Positions 38,416 to 48,067 of a DNA stretch of 64,000 nucleotides are shown one piece after another. A program made the translations under genes and the position numbers. The first letter of the stretch is position 1, and the number at the start of each line of letters is the position of its first letter. Under the pieces are notes generated by a model. That model was not told the DNA's origin. It was given only the letters and a program-made list of their open reading frames with translations, and did not search any database. Source of the stretch: Theionarchaea archaeon. Lineage in GTDB: Archaea; Methanobacteriota_B; Thermococci; Methanofastidiosales; SZ-28-30. The stretch covers positions 32,001 to 96,000 of the forward strand of contig JACVGT010000021.1 of the NCBI GenBank assembly GCA_018992685.1, given 5' to 3'.

Positions 38416-39645
38416 ATGACCAAAAGTATTGCGACATCGGGCTTTGTTAAGCCAGGATTTGAGGCTGTGCGGGAAGCTTTCATCGAGAACTTCGAGCGCC
38501 GCAGTGAGCTTGGAGCTGCCTGTTGTATCTACTACCGTGGGGAAAAAGTAGTGGACTTATGGGGCGGAATCCGGAACAAAGCAACGGGCGAACCCTGGCA
38601 GGAGAATACGATGGCCCTTGTCGCCTCGACCACAAAGGGACTTGCCGGTCTATCCATGGCACTCGCTCATTCTCGAGGGTTGTTTGATTACGATGAGCGT
38701 GTCTCGAAGTATTGGCCGGAATTTGCACAGCAAGGGAAGGAATTGACTACAGTTAGGCAACTCCTTTCGCACCAGGCCGGATTGCATGTGTTGGATATGC
38801 CGCCAGAAAAGAACCTGATCGCTGACCTCGACCAGCTCGCAATTGTACTCGCGGGGCAAAAGCCGGAGTGGGAGCCCGGCACGAGACAGGCTTACCATGC
38901 CATCACACTCGGGTTCTATGAAAGCGAGTTGCTTCGCCGGGTAGATCCTAAACACCGCTCTTTAGGGCAGTTCTTCCAAGAGGAAATGGCCATTCCACTG
39001 GGCCTTGATTTCTATATTGGGCTACCTGAAGAGATTCCCAACGCCAGACTTGCAACACTTCACAGGGTTAATTTGGCGAGTGCCTTTTTCACCATGCCCA
39101 TCCAGTTAGCACTCTCAGCTATGAACCCGCGCTCACGGTTTCGCCGATCGTTACTAGGATCGTTGCCAGAAGAGAGAGAGCACATCTATGCCCGGAATCT
39201 AGAGGTACCGGCAGGAGGGGGAGTGGGAACGGCTCGAGCCATTGCTCGAGCGTATGGCGAGTTCGCGACCGGGGGCCGTAACCTCGGATTGCGGGAGGAA
39301 ACACTTCAACAGCTAATGGCGCCCGCAGTCCCCCCACTTCATGGATTCCATGATGAATGCCTCAAAATGGAGATTGTTTTCTCACTTGGTTTCATGAAGC
39401 CAAGTCCTGAGAACGCATTCGCTCATCCGAGCTCCTTCGGAGCCCCGGGAACAGGGGGATCCTTCGGTTTTGCTGATCCTCATGCCGGGATTGGTTACGC
39501 GTACATCCCGAATTTGGTTAAGTTCTACTTGACGGATCCAAGGGAAGAAGCGCTTCGTACAGCAATGTATCGCTCGATTGGCAAGACAGACCCGTACCTC
39601 GAGCACAGAGAGCAATCCAGCACGTGCGGTCAGGGGGATTCGTGA
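38416..39645 (+). CDS. Beta-lactamase-family serine hydrolase (EstA/EstB-like esterase)
   Basis: VVDLWGG, STTK (SxxK), LLSHQAGL, YHA and GSFGFADP. Confidence 0.92.
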   Translation: MTKSIATSGFVKPGFEAVREAFIENFERRSELGAACCIYYRGEKVVDLWGGIRNKATGEPWQENTMALVASTTKGLAGLSMALAHSRGLFDYDERVSKYWPEFAQQGKELTTVRQLLSHQAGLHVLDMPPEKNLIADLDQLAIVLAGQKPEWEPGTRQAYHAITLGFYESELLRRVDPKHRSLGQFFQEEMAIPLGLDFYIGLPEEIPNARLATLHRVNLASAFFTMPIQLALSAMNPRSRFRRSLLGSLPEEREHIYARNLEVPAGGGVGTARAIARAYGEFATGGRNLGLREETLQQLMAPAVPPLHGFHDECLKMEIVFSLGFMKPSPENAFAHPSSFGAPGTGGSFGFADPHAGIGYAYIPNLVKFYLTDPREEALRTAMYRSIGKTDPYLEHREQSSTCGQGDS

Positions 39646-40277
39646 TGGTAGAAACTGCAAGGATATTGCGATTCTTCCTCGTCTGTGGGATTCTCTCTTC
39701 GCTATTGTATGTCAGCACTGATATACTCGCAGGCATGCTGTGGGAAGGCTATGACTTTGCCTCCCAGTCCGCCAGTGAACTGAGCGCTTTAGGTGCTTCC
39801 ACGAGACCCTTCGTGCTTCCGCTTGAACTCACGGCTGACGTTCTTTTGATCGCTTTCGCGCTGGGAGTATGGGTATCAGCCGGTCGGAATCGCGCTCTGC
39901 GAGTGACTGGAGGCCTGCTGGCTGCAAACGCGGTCACGGCCCTGGTGGCAGTTGCATTCTTTCCGGTGCACCCCGGCGAGGCCATGACAGCGTCTGCCAA
40001 TACCATGAACGTAGTTCTCATGGGTCTGAGCGTACTCTTCCTTCTAGTAGCCATGGGATTCGGAGCTGCTGCATGCCAAAATTGGTTCCGCTTCTACTCG
40101 ATCGGGACATTTCTGGTATTCCTTGTAGAAGACATTTTGGCAACAATGGGCGCTCCGCGAGCCATTAGAGGACAATCGGGGCCGTTGGTGGGGATACAGG
40201 AGCGCACTATGATCTATGGTTGTCTGTTGTGGATCGTGGTGCTGGCAATTGTCCTCTTACGCGCGGAAAAGAAATAA
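39645..40277 (+). CDS. DUF998 family membrane protein
   Basis: GYD..SQ.ASEL.A.GA, FPVH and GIQER; overlaps the upstream stop codon. Confidence 0.8.
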   Translation: MVETARILRFFLVCGILSSLLYVSTDILAGMLWEGYDFASQSASELSALGASTRPFVLPLELTADVLLIAFALGVWVSAGRNRALRVTGGLLAANAVTALVAVAFFPVHPGEAMTASANTMNVVLMGLSVLFLLVAMGFGAAACQNWFRFYSIGTFLVFLVEDILATMGAPRAIRGQSGPLVGIQERTMIYGCLLWIVVLAIVLLRAEKK

Positions 40278-40398
40278 TTAATTCCGTTTATTCGTGAATG
40301 AAGTAAGAAAGTGTCTCGTGAAGCTGGGACGAATAAAAAGTACCAAATCTAAAAACAAAGAAAGAATATAGTACTATAGATTCAAACAAGTCATTTTA

Positions 40399-40470
40399 TG
40401 CCCCTGTCGGGATTCGAACCCGAGTCACAGGCTCCGCAGGCCCGTATTATATCCACTAAACTACAGGGGC
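40399..40470 (-). tRNA. tRNA-Arg(GCG)
   Basis: GCCCCTG...CGGGC-CTGCGGA-GCCTG...GGTTCGAATCC...CAGGGGCA cloverleaf. Confidence 0.96.
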
Positions 40471-40724
40471 TACTACTCATTGTGAGAGTGTGAATAAAAG
40501 GTTTCCCCCTGCACTCTTCTTTTCTCCATCCAAGTCCTCCAACCTTTCTCATACAATGAGGTCCAAGGAGTCTTTCCACCGCCAAGAATGATCCCCACAT
40601 GGCTTTCCGTTGGAACCCCCGAACTAGGCAACCTTCTGCTTGGCTTTGGATAACAACAGGGGCACATTGAAATGTTGAGCCAGCCCACAAAAAGACTTAA
40701 GTATCGAGAGGAGGTGGACAATTC

Positions 40725-40934
40725 ATGCTAGAAAACCTCAGCAAGAATGGAGGAGGGAAAAGGGTGCTGAGAGTGACATATGTCATTCTCTTGTTGGCTC
40801 CTGTGGGAATTCCCTATCTTTTCAAAGAACAACTTCCCGGATCATGGTACAATTGGACAATTTTCGGGATGTGTCTTGCGATTCTGGCTTTCACTTTCGC
40901 CCAGATGGCCTACATTATTGTCCGGAACCCATAG
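40725..40934 (+). CDS. Small two-TM membrane protein
   Basis: SD gaggaggtg and two hydrophobic helices. Confidence 0.65.
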   Translation: MLENLSKNGGGKRVLRVTYVILLLAPVGIPYLFKEQLPGSWYNWTIFGMCLAILAFTFAQMAYIIVRNP

Positions 40935-40956
40935 TCATTTGCTACTTTTTCCTTGC

Positions 40957-41466
40957 TCATTCCCCACTTGCTTTTTCCCTCTTGCGACATCCGGTCATTT
41001 GCGATTTTCTCTGGATACTCCTTCTTCGGATCACCCGATTTCCACAGAAGGGACATTCCGTGAGAGCGTGCCCGAATTTCCGTCCACATCCTACACACAC
41101 AAACTCCCACCGGAATATCTCCTCAATCCCCTTAACTCCTGCAGACTCGTATGGTACATCAAGAACTTCGCACACGTTTTGTATCCCATAGTCCCCGCTG
41201 ACCACACATCCATCCAGATCCAGTGCCAGTGCCACTACCTTCACATCTGTAGCACTCAAGGTGTCTTTCGTTTTCCCAACTGCACATTCAACCTCACTGA
41301 CTGCCTCTTCTGATGGCTCCTCAATCTGCAGTTTCCCTGATGCAATCAGTGATTCCATGGTAAATTCTGATGAATAATCTCTGATCTCCTGGATGACTTC
41401 AGGAACAGTATACCCATTATCCACAAATCCCGAGATGATGGCTGATGCATCCAGAATGTATTTCAT
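40957..41466 (-). CDS. nob1: NOB1 family PIN endonuclease with zinc ribbon
   Basis: ILDASA, LSATD, DYGIQNV and CVGC..CPFCG. Confidence 0.92.
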   Translation of the reverse strand: MKYILDASAIISGFVDNGYTVPEVIQEIRDYSSEFTMESLIASGKLQIEEPSEEAVSEVECAVGKTKDTLSATDVKVVALALDLDGCVVSGDYGIQNVCEVLDVPYESAGVKGIEEIFRWEFVCVGCGRKFGHALTECPFCGNRVIRRRSIQRKSQMTGCRKREKASGE

Positions 41467-42194
41467 AATTTCTTTTTCCTCCAGAATATGGCACAATTGC
41501 TCGATTTTCTTACTGTGATCTGGTCCCCCACGGAAAGAGAAGATAATGCAAATCCATCCAATGTCATGTGACACGGCTTGTCCACAGCCGTAATCACAAC
41601 CTCCCAATCATGAGGAATGACCCGGGGGATAAAGGACAAGTCCAGAGGACAGATTGGAGTAATACACAGGACAGGACAGCCCTCTTCAATCCGAGGACCC
41701 CCTGCAGCAAGAGAGTAGGCTGTGGATCCCGTGGGTGTTGTGACAATAATCCCATCACCCAGGATTTCGTCAACGTGGTTCCCATACGCAACTCTGAATC
41801 GAGCCACCTTGTCCGGAATCTTGGCCCTCACTACCACTTCATTTAGAGCCTCCCCTGCTCCAGGAACTTCAATCTTCATCAGCCGGCTGACTTCATGGCT
41901 CTTCAATATATCCTGCATGCATGATACTTCGTCAGGAGAAATCTCACAGAGATGGCCATGTCTACCCACCTTTACTGCCAGAATGGGGAATGAATATTTC
42001 CTTACAGTCCGTAGAATGGTGCCGTCCCCCCCAATAACCATGAGAACGTCCACTTCCCGAATGGGATCGCCCTTGAAGAAAGGGAGTAAATCTGAATCAT
42101 AGAACAGATCATGGTGAGAGAATCGATCTGTAATCTCCTTTGCCAATTGGATAGCTTCTTCTCTATCTGTCCTTGAAACCAGGCCAATTCTCAT
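41463..42194 (-). CDS. nadK: NAD kinase
   Basis: GGDGTIL, LNE and TPTGSTAYSLAAGGP. Confidence 0.95.
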   Translation of the reverse strand: MRIGLVSRTDREEAIQLAKEITDRFSHHDLFYDSDLLPFFKGDPIREVDVLMVIGGDGTILRTVRKYSFPILAVKVGRHGHLCEISPDEVSCMQDILKSHEVSRLMKIEVPGAGEALNEVVVRAKIPDKVARFRVAYGNHVDEILGDGIIVTTPTGSTAYSLAAGGPRIEEGCPVLCITPICPLDLSFIPRVIPHDWEVVITAVDKPCHMTLDGFALSSLSVGDQITVRKSSNCAIFWRKKKL

Positions 42195-42322
42195 GCAAAA
42201 CTCTGGAAATTTTCATATATAAGGTTTTGGAATTGTCACCAGTGCTGCGAAACGCACATTTTCTGGGAGAGGATTCCGTGATGAACGGAAACCTTTATCA
42301 ACCCCACGGTCTTTCATACTGC

Positions 42323-43102
42323 ATGATCGAGATCGAGTCGCATGACGATGTTCACCGCATTAGTATGAGTATTTCTTTTTTTGGGAAACAGATTTTCCCC
42401 ATAAATGCATACATCATCAACGATTTGCTCATTGATACGGGTGCTGCCAATCTGTCAAAAGATTTCCTTGACACCATCAAGGAATTCACCATACAGGACG
42501 TGGTCAATACCCATGCTCATCCCGATCATACTGGATCGAATTCGGCCTTTCCCTTTGTTTATGTGCATCCTGAAGGTGCTGACCGGCTGAGATGTCCTCA
42601 GCTAGAAATGCAAATTCAGAAGTTCTTGTATGGACTTCCTGAGCCCTCCAATCCCAAGGAGGTTCCTCCTGTCCTCAAGACGGGTGAGTACACCTTTGAC
42701 GTACTCCACACGCCAGGACATTCCCCGGATCACATTTCACTGTATGAATCCCACAAGAAGTGGGCATTCACAGGGGATCTCCTCCTGTGGGGTCCCACTA
42801 GGGAAGTATTCGTCGATGTGAAAATTTATGATGCCATTGAGTCTCTGGAACGCCTTGCCGATCTAGATATCGACATTTTGTTCCCTGGTCACGGCCCCCC
42901 TTTTGGGCATCCCAAGGAAGCCCTTTCAAAGCAGGTGAGAACTCTGAAGGACTTTGGGGTGCAGGTGAAAGAACTTCACGAGAGAGGATGGAATGCAGAG
43001 GAAATTCGTAATCATCTGTTTGGAAGAGAGCGGATGTATGTGTATTTGTGTGGAGGCAAATTCTCTGCTCTAAACCTGATTAGAAGCTATCTTGAAGGGT
43101 AA
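42323..43102 (+). CDS. Metallo-beta-lactamase-fold hydrolase
   Basis: THAHPDH, TPGHS, FTGD and PGHG. Confidence 0.9.
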   Translation: MIEIESHDDVHRISMSISFFGKQIFPINAYIINDLLIDTGAANLSKDFLDTIKEFTIQDVVNTHAHPDHTGSNSAFPFVYVHPEGADRLRCPQLEMQIQKFLYGLPEPSNPKEVPPVLKTGEYTFDVLHTPGHSPDHISLYESHKKWAFTGDLLLWGPTREVFVDVKIYDAIESLERLADLDIDILFPGHGPPFGHPKEALSKQVRTLKDFGVQVKELHERGWNAEEIRNHLFGRERMYVYLCGGKFSALNLIRSYLEG

Positions 43103-43156
43103 TTTCACCCCAGGATTCTTCCATTAGAATACGTTGAATCGTCGGCTCGCGGACCT

Positions 43157-44347
43157 TTACTGAACAATCTGCAGAGGAATGGGAATGACTGTCAGGACAA
43201 AGACGGTCAGTGCTGCAAGGGCCAGAACCTTGTTGGATCCACTGATTGGCTGCAATTCATTCATGGCCCCACCGGAGCCTGCCCGCATAATCACAAAATA
43301 CAGGAGCAAAGCCCAGACAAACCACCCTTCCCACACGAACAGAGGATTGTAGTAGGGGAATCCCAAGACCACCATGACGCCGATTAACATGTGCGATACT
43401 ATTCTATGCACCTTCTCTCCCAAGATTGCACGCGCAATGTGACCTCCGTCCAGCTGTCCAATAGGGATCAAATTCACCGAGGTTACCAAGAGGGCAGCCC
43501 AGGCTGCAATCCCCACGGGATGCAGAACCACCCCATAGCCTTCTGGAATGTTCAACAACAGAGTTGCCAGAAAGTCAGTCAGCAATGATTGACCGAAGTA
43601 TATCATCACTCCTCCTTCGACTGAAGGCTCCAGATGTGGCACCACATACGACAGCTTCAGCCCAAGAATGAAGAGAGGAACTGCCACCAGAAACCCACAC
43701 AACGGGCCTGATGCTCCAAGCTGAATCATTGAATCACTGTTTGGCATGGGTGACCTGGATTTTATGACAGCCCCCATGGTCCCGATTATGAAGAAAGGCA
43801 TGGGGATGAAATATGGCCAGGTGGCATCCACTCCATTCCTGCTGGACGCATACTTGTGTCCCATCTCATGGGTTCCCAGGATAAACATGATGGCCGCGGA
43901 AAAACTCACTGCTCCCATCCACACATTGCTCATCAATCCCTCCCGTACCATGCTCTGGGAAAGAGAGTACCCTGCAAAGAGCGTAGAAGCAATGGTAGCC
44001 ACAAGGAGCACAATATTCCACATGACGTTAGGAGAGCCCTGCTTCACTTTTTCTGCAAGAATGAGGAAGTCCTGGTCACCTTTCTTCCTCAAGAAAGGAT
44101 AGTACCCCTGGGACTCAAATTCCCTCTGTATCGTCCCAAAATCATATGCAGAGGGCTGCACCTTAAATATTATCACAGAGTCCTCTACTTTGTACTCTGC
44201 ATAGGTAAAGTACGTTGAAACCAGCCTTTCGATTTTTTCCATATTTATCCCTTTGAATAACAGGGGTGATCTGCACCTGGGGCACTCCCATAATTCATCT
44301 TCCGTCACCTGGGAAAACCCACATTGGGGACACTTGTAAATTCGCAT
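43157..44347 (-). CDS. Site-2 (M50) intramembrane protease with N-terminal zinc ribbon
   Basis: HEMGH and NLIPIGQLDGG; N-terminal CPQC..CPRC. Confidence 0.92.
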   Translation of the reverse strand: MRIYKCPQCGFSQVTEDELWECPRCRSPLLFKGINMEKIERLVSTYFTYAEYKVEDSVIIFKVQPSAYDFGTIQREFESQGYYPFLRKKGDQDFLILAEKVKQGSPNVMWNIVLLVATIASTLFAGYSLSQSMVREGLMSNVWMGAVSFSAAIMFILGTHEMGHKYASSRNGVDATWPYFIPMPFFIIGTMGAVIKSRSPMPNSDSMIQLGASGPLCGFLVAVPLFILGLKLSYVVPHLEPSVEGGVMIYFGQSLLTDFLATLLLNIPEGYGVVLHPVGIAAWAALLVTSVNLIPIGQLDGGHIARAILGEKVHRIVSHMLIGVMVVLGFPYYNPLFVWEGWFVWALLLYFVIMRAGSGGAMNELQPISGSNKVLALAALTVFVLTVIPIPLQIVQ

Positions 44348-44467
44348 GTCGGTTGTTTGAAAGGGAGCCTTTTAAAGATTGGCAAGAAGGAAGGAAAACA
44401 ATATTCCGCAGTCACTCCTCCTGAAGTTGATGCAATACCTTTTTAGTACACGTTCTCAGATTACAGT

Positions 44468-46393
44468 ATGAACCACTGCTTCCCATACCCGGAGATGCGC
44501 CTGCACCAGGAAGAACTGATTCATCTCATGCTGGAACATGTATCACTGGGCAGAAATGTGTTATTTGAGGCAGCCACGGGGTTTGGGAAGACGATTTGTG
44601 TCCTGTCGTCTCTGCTTCCTGTAGCTGATGCAGCCGGGAAGAAGATTGTGTATTGCTGTCGGACTCACAAGCAAATGGACAGAGTCATCGATGAATTGAA
44701 TGCTATTTCCCCGAATCATCCCGCATCTGGCATCTCACTGAGGGGAAGGCGGGACATGTGCCTGCATCCCACCGTGAAGAACCATGCGATGGATACAGCA
44801 TCTGCTCTCTATCTGTGCAAACTGCTGAGAAGCCTTGAGCGATGCGAGTACCATCTGAAATTCAAAGAGAAGCAGGAACAGGTTTACGAAATGGAAATAG
44901 CCCTTTCAAGGCGACCTTCGTACTCTTCTGAGATTCTGGATATCTGTATGGAAGCAGGAATTTGTCCCTATGACTTCATAAAAGAGGTGGCAAAGAATGT
45001 AGACGTGGTGGCCTGTTCCTACATGTACCTGTTTCACCCCCCCATACGCGAGAATTTTCTGGAGATTGTAGGGTGCCACCTCGAGGACATGATTGTGGTT
45101 CTGGATGAAGCGCATAACCTTCCTGATCTGTCTATACGGCTGGGATCGGACATACTGAGTACCATCTCCTTACAAGCAGCGCAGAAAGAGGCTGAAGAGT
45201 ATGAGGAACCAGATATTCTTTTCATTCTGCAAATCGTGGAACAGGTCATTGAACAGTTGGCTCAGAAATATGAACTGAACCAGGAAGATGAGGTCATTCT
45301 GAGTTATGTGGAACTGATGAATAGACTTCCGGGAGGAGAACACAAACTCCTGGAACTGTTCCGGTACATGAGAAAAGTGGGGGAAGAGGTCCAGAAAGAC
45401 AGGCTCAAGAAGGGCAGACCTCCCCGTTCCTACATTCACGGATGTGCCTTCTTTTTGATTAACTGGCTCAATGTCAAAGAAAGGGAAGACTACTGCTATT
45501 TGATCAAGCGGTTCTATACCCGCAGAGGGCATCCTGCATTCAGGCTGGAAATTGTCGATTTAGACCCCCGGAATATCTGCACTCAAGTCCTGAGCAATGT
45601 ACATGCATCTGTTTCTATGTCAGGTACTCTCACTCCCTTACATGCTTTTGCAGAGGTGGTAGGGTTAACCAATTATGAATCCAGGACATTCCCCACTCCC
45701 TTTCATCCTTCCAATATATTCGTGGCAGCTGTCCGGGGAGTAACAACCAAGGGCAACTTTCGCAGTCAGGAAATGTATCGAAAGCTGACAGTGGCCGCCA
45801 GTGAGGTCATTGATAACACGCCGAAGAATGTGGGAATCTTTGCTGCATCATACGAGGTTTTGAATGGGCTTCTCTCTGCAGGATTGAAATTGATATCCTC
45901 GAAACCATTGTTTATCGAGCGGAGAGAGTATACCTCCGGGCAGAATGATGAGCTTGTTGAATCCTTCAAGGAATGTTCTCACGAACATGGTGCTGTCTTG
46001 CTGGGGGTCATGGGGGGGAGAAATGCAGAGGGAGAAGACTTCCCTGGAGATCAGATGAATGCAGTGGTATTGGTAGGCGTCCCCTATGCGCAGCCCACGC
46101 CCCGTGTTGAGGCTCAGATACGGTACTACACCCAGGTCTTCCCCAACAAAGGGAAGTATTATGGATATTTCTTGCCCGCCCACCGGAAACTGAGCCAGGG
46201 AGCGGGGAGAGCACTTCGAATGGTCACTGATCGGGCAGCCATCGTGTTCCTGGACGAAAGGGTTATCCAGCCCTTTGTGAGAAAAGACATTGCCCAGTGG
46301 ATGCGGAGTGAAATGAAGATGCTTGAAGGCAACGAAGACCTCCTGGGAAGAATGATTGACCGATTCTTCAGGGGGACTGATGAGTCCCTGTGA
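44468..46393 (+). CDS. xpd: XPD/Rad3 Fe-S DNA helicase
   Basis: ATGFGKT, Fe-S Cys residues, CPY, DEAHN, MSGTL and QGAGR. Confidence 0.93.
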   Translation: MNHCFPYPEMRLHQEELIHLMLEHVSLGRNVLFEAATGFGKTICVLSSLLPVADAAGKKIVYCCRTHKQMDRVIDELNAISPNHPASGISLRGRRDMCLHPTVKNHAMDTASALYLCKLLRSLERCEYHLKFKEKQEQVYEMEIALSRRPSYSSEILDICMEAGICPYDFIKEVAKNVDVVACSYMYLFHPPIRENFLEIVGCHLEDMIVVLDEAHNLPDLSIRLGSDILSTISLQAAQKEAEEYEEPDILFILQIVEQVIEQLAQKYELNQEDEVILSYVELMNRLPGGEHKLLELFRYMRKVGEEVQKDRLKKGRPPRSYIHGCAFFLINWLNVKEREDYCYLIKRFYTRRGHPAFRLEIVDLDPRNICTQVLSNVHASVSMSGTLTPLHAFAEVVGLTNYESRTFPTPFHPSNIFVAAVRGVTTKGNFRSQEMYRKLTVAASEVIDNTPKNVGIFAASYEVLNGLLSAGLKLISSKPLFIERREYTSGQNDELVESFKECSHEHGAVLLGVMGGRNAEGEDFPGDQMNAVVLVGVPYAQPTPRVEAQIRYYTQVFPNKGKYYGYFLPAHRKLSQGAGRALRMVTDRAAIVFLDERVIQPFVRKDIAQWMRSEMKMLEGNEDLLGRMIDRFFRGTDESL

Positions 46394-46407
46394 GAGTACC
46401 CAGAGGA

Positions 46408-47793
46408 CTAGTACTGGAGTGAGAAGGCCCCGGGGTTCAATATGCACCGTGGATCAAGCGCTTTTTTTATCCTCTCCAGTGTATCCCTGAATTGGGGAGT
46501 CATGTCCAGGTACGGATACCAGGCAATTCCCGTCCAGTAGGGAACTCCCCCGTACTCCCAGATATCCTTCTTCTTTTCGTCCCACATGTTCCGTATGAGT
46601 TCTAGGGACTTCTGGTCATTTTCCTTCCCGTAAACATGGCCCACGAAAGAGACACAGTTATTCAGAGCAGGCATGGCACATATCAACCCAAATAACCCTT
46701 TTTTCTCGATTTCGTATTTCTTGAAAGTGGCTTTCAATTCCTCCACAATTTCAGGGATTCGGTACGTTTCCAGACAGTGGCAGGTGGCATTCCACATGCC
46801 ATATTTAAAGAGCGGGGTAATCATCTCAAATTTAGAATTCCAGTACACCTTGGGAAACATGTCCCCCAAATCCTTTCCGTTGTGTTTTTGAGCTATATTC
46901 TGGCACAGTGCCTGCTTGGCTGCTGAAATATCTGCCGAAGGCTCTTCCAGGATAACCACAAACAGTGCTTCAATGTCAGGGAATAAATCTGCCATTTCCT
47001 CAATGACTCCTCTGATGGATGCTTTATCACATACCATCGTCATGTCCTCGGCAATCATCAATTTTTGGATGTCATAGAAGGCGCCTGTGGCATCCTCAAT
47101 GTTCGAGAACCCGAATGCACAATATGCAATACTTTCAGGGTACGGATAGATTCGCACGGTAATGTCATATTTCACCCCCAACAGGGAATGATCACCACAG
47201 AATAGCCCTGTTAAATCTGCGGTACAGGTAAACCTATTGAAGGGACGGGCATGAGGGTTGATTCGAGACCCCGTTTCCAGGATGTCTCCTTCGGGCAAGA
47301 CCACCGTGATGCTGGTCACTCCCTGGGGAGCCTGACCCCATTTGGCTGACGCCAGCCCAATAGAATTTGACGATACAGACCCTCCGATGGTTGCTGAATG
47401 ACCGGAGTAAGGTCCTCTGAATCCTGGTTTGAACCCTTTCTGTTTCAGCTCATAGAGAAGGTTTCCCCAGGTACATCCTGCACCTACAGTGGCCGTCATG
47501 TTATCGGGAGTTATAACTACCTGGTTAATTCCCGTCATGTCCAGCATGATTCCTCCCCTTTGGGGAAGACATGCACCTCCCATGCCACAACGGCCCCCTG
47601 CAGCAATGACAGGGGTTCCTGTCTGATTGGCAAGCTTGAGAATATCTGCTATGTGCTGGGCAGTTAGGGGTCTCACCACGAAATCAGGTTTGAGCGTCTG
47701 TATGAGAGACGCATCCCTAGAGTAAGAGAGTAACACAGTATCCCTATCAGTAGCATTGGATTCTCCCACAATGTTCTGGAGTCTGGAAAGCAT
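46408..47793 (-). CDS. FAD-linked oxidoreductase (GlcD/D-lactate dehydrogenase family)
   Basis: PDFVVRP, ATIGG and KKALDPRCILNPG. Confidence 0.88.
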   Translation of the reverse strand: MLSRLQNIVGESNATDRDTVLLSYSRDASLIQTLKPDFVVRPLTAQHIADILKLANQTGTPVIAAGGRCGMGGACLPQRGGIMLDMTGINQVVITPDNMTATVGAGCTWGNLLYELKQKGFKPGFRGPYSGHSATIGGSVSSNSIGLASAKWGQAPQGVTSITVVLPEGDILETGSRINPHARPFNRFTCTADLTGLFCGDHSLLGVKYDITVRIYPYPESIAYCAFGFSNIEDATGAFYDIQKLMIAEDMTMVCDKASIRGVIEEMADLFPDIEALFVVILEEPSADISAAKQALCQNIAQKHNGKDLGDMFPKVYWNSKFEMITPLFKYGMWNATCHCLETYRIPEIVEELKATFKKYEIEKKGLFGLICAMPALNNCVSFVGHVYGKENDQKSLELIRNMWDEKKKDIWEYGGVPYWTGIAWYPYLDMTPQFRDTLERIKKALDPRCILNPGAFSLQY

Positions 47794-48067
47794 ACTATGC
47801 GGGTGGTATGACGTTATAAATAACTTTTCATTTCACATGCGTTGAGCCCTGCCAGGCGGCAAGGTTCAATCGTCTCGGTCTCAGAAGCCCGCTGATGAGA
47901 ATACCCCACAGGAATATGGGTAAGAAATGAACCTTGCACTTTGAGAACCCGTATGATCCCTGATTCCTCTTTTCTCACTCTCAGGCTTCAATTATCCACC
48001 GAGTTCAGAATATGGTAGCTTTTCAAAGAAGAGGGCCCAGGCAGCCACATTTCCCATATCCTGCATA

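Noticed and set aside
40525-40690. RNase P, SRP or 5S RNA, or an intron-containing tRNA
   Set aside because: Lacks the P4 pairing, the SRP helix 8 motif, 5S signatures and a T-arm; kept only as an unassigned candidate RNA
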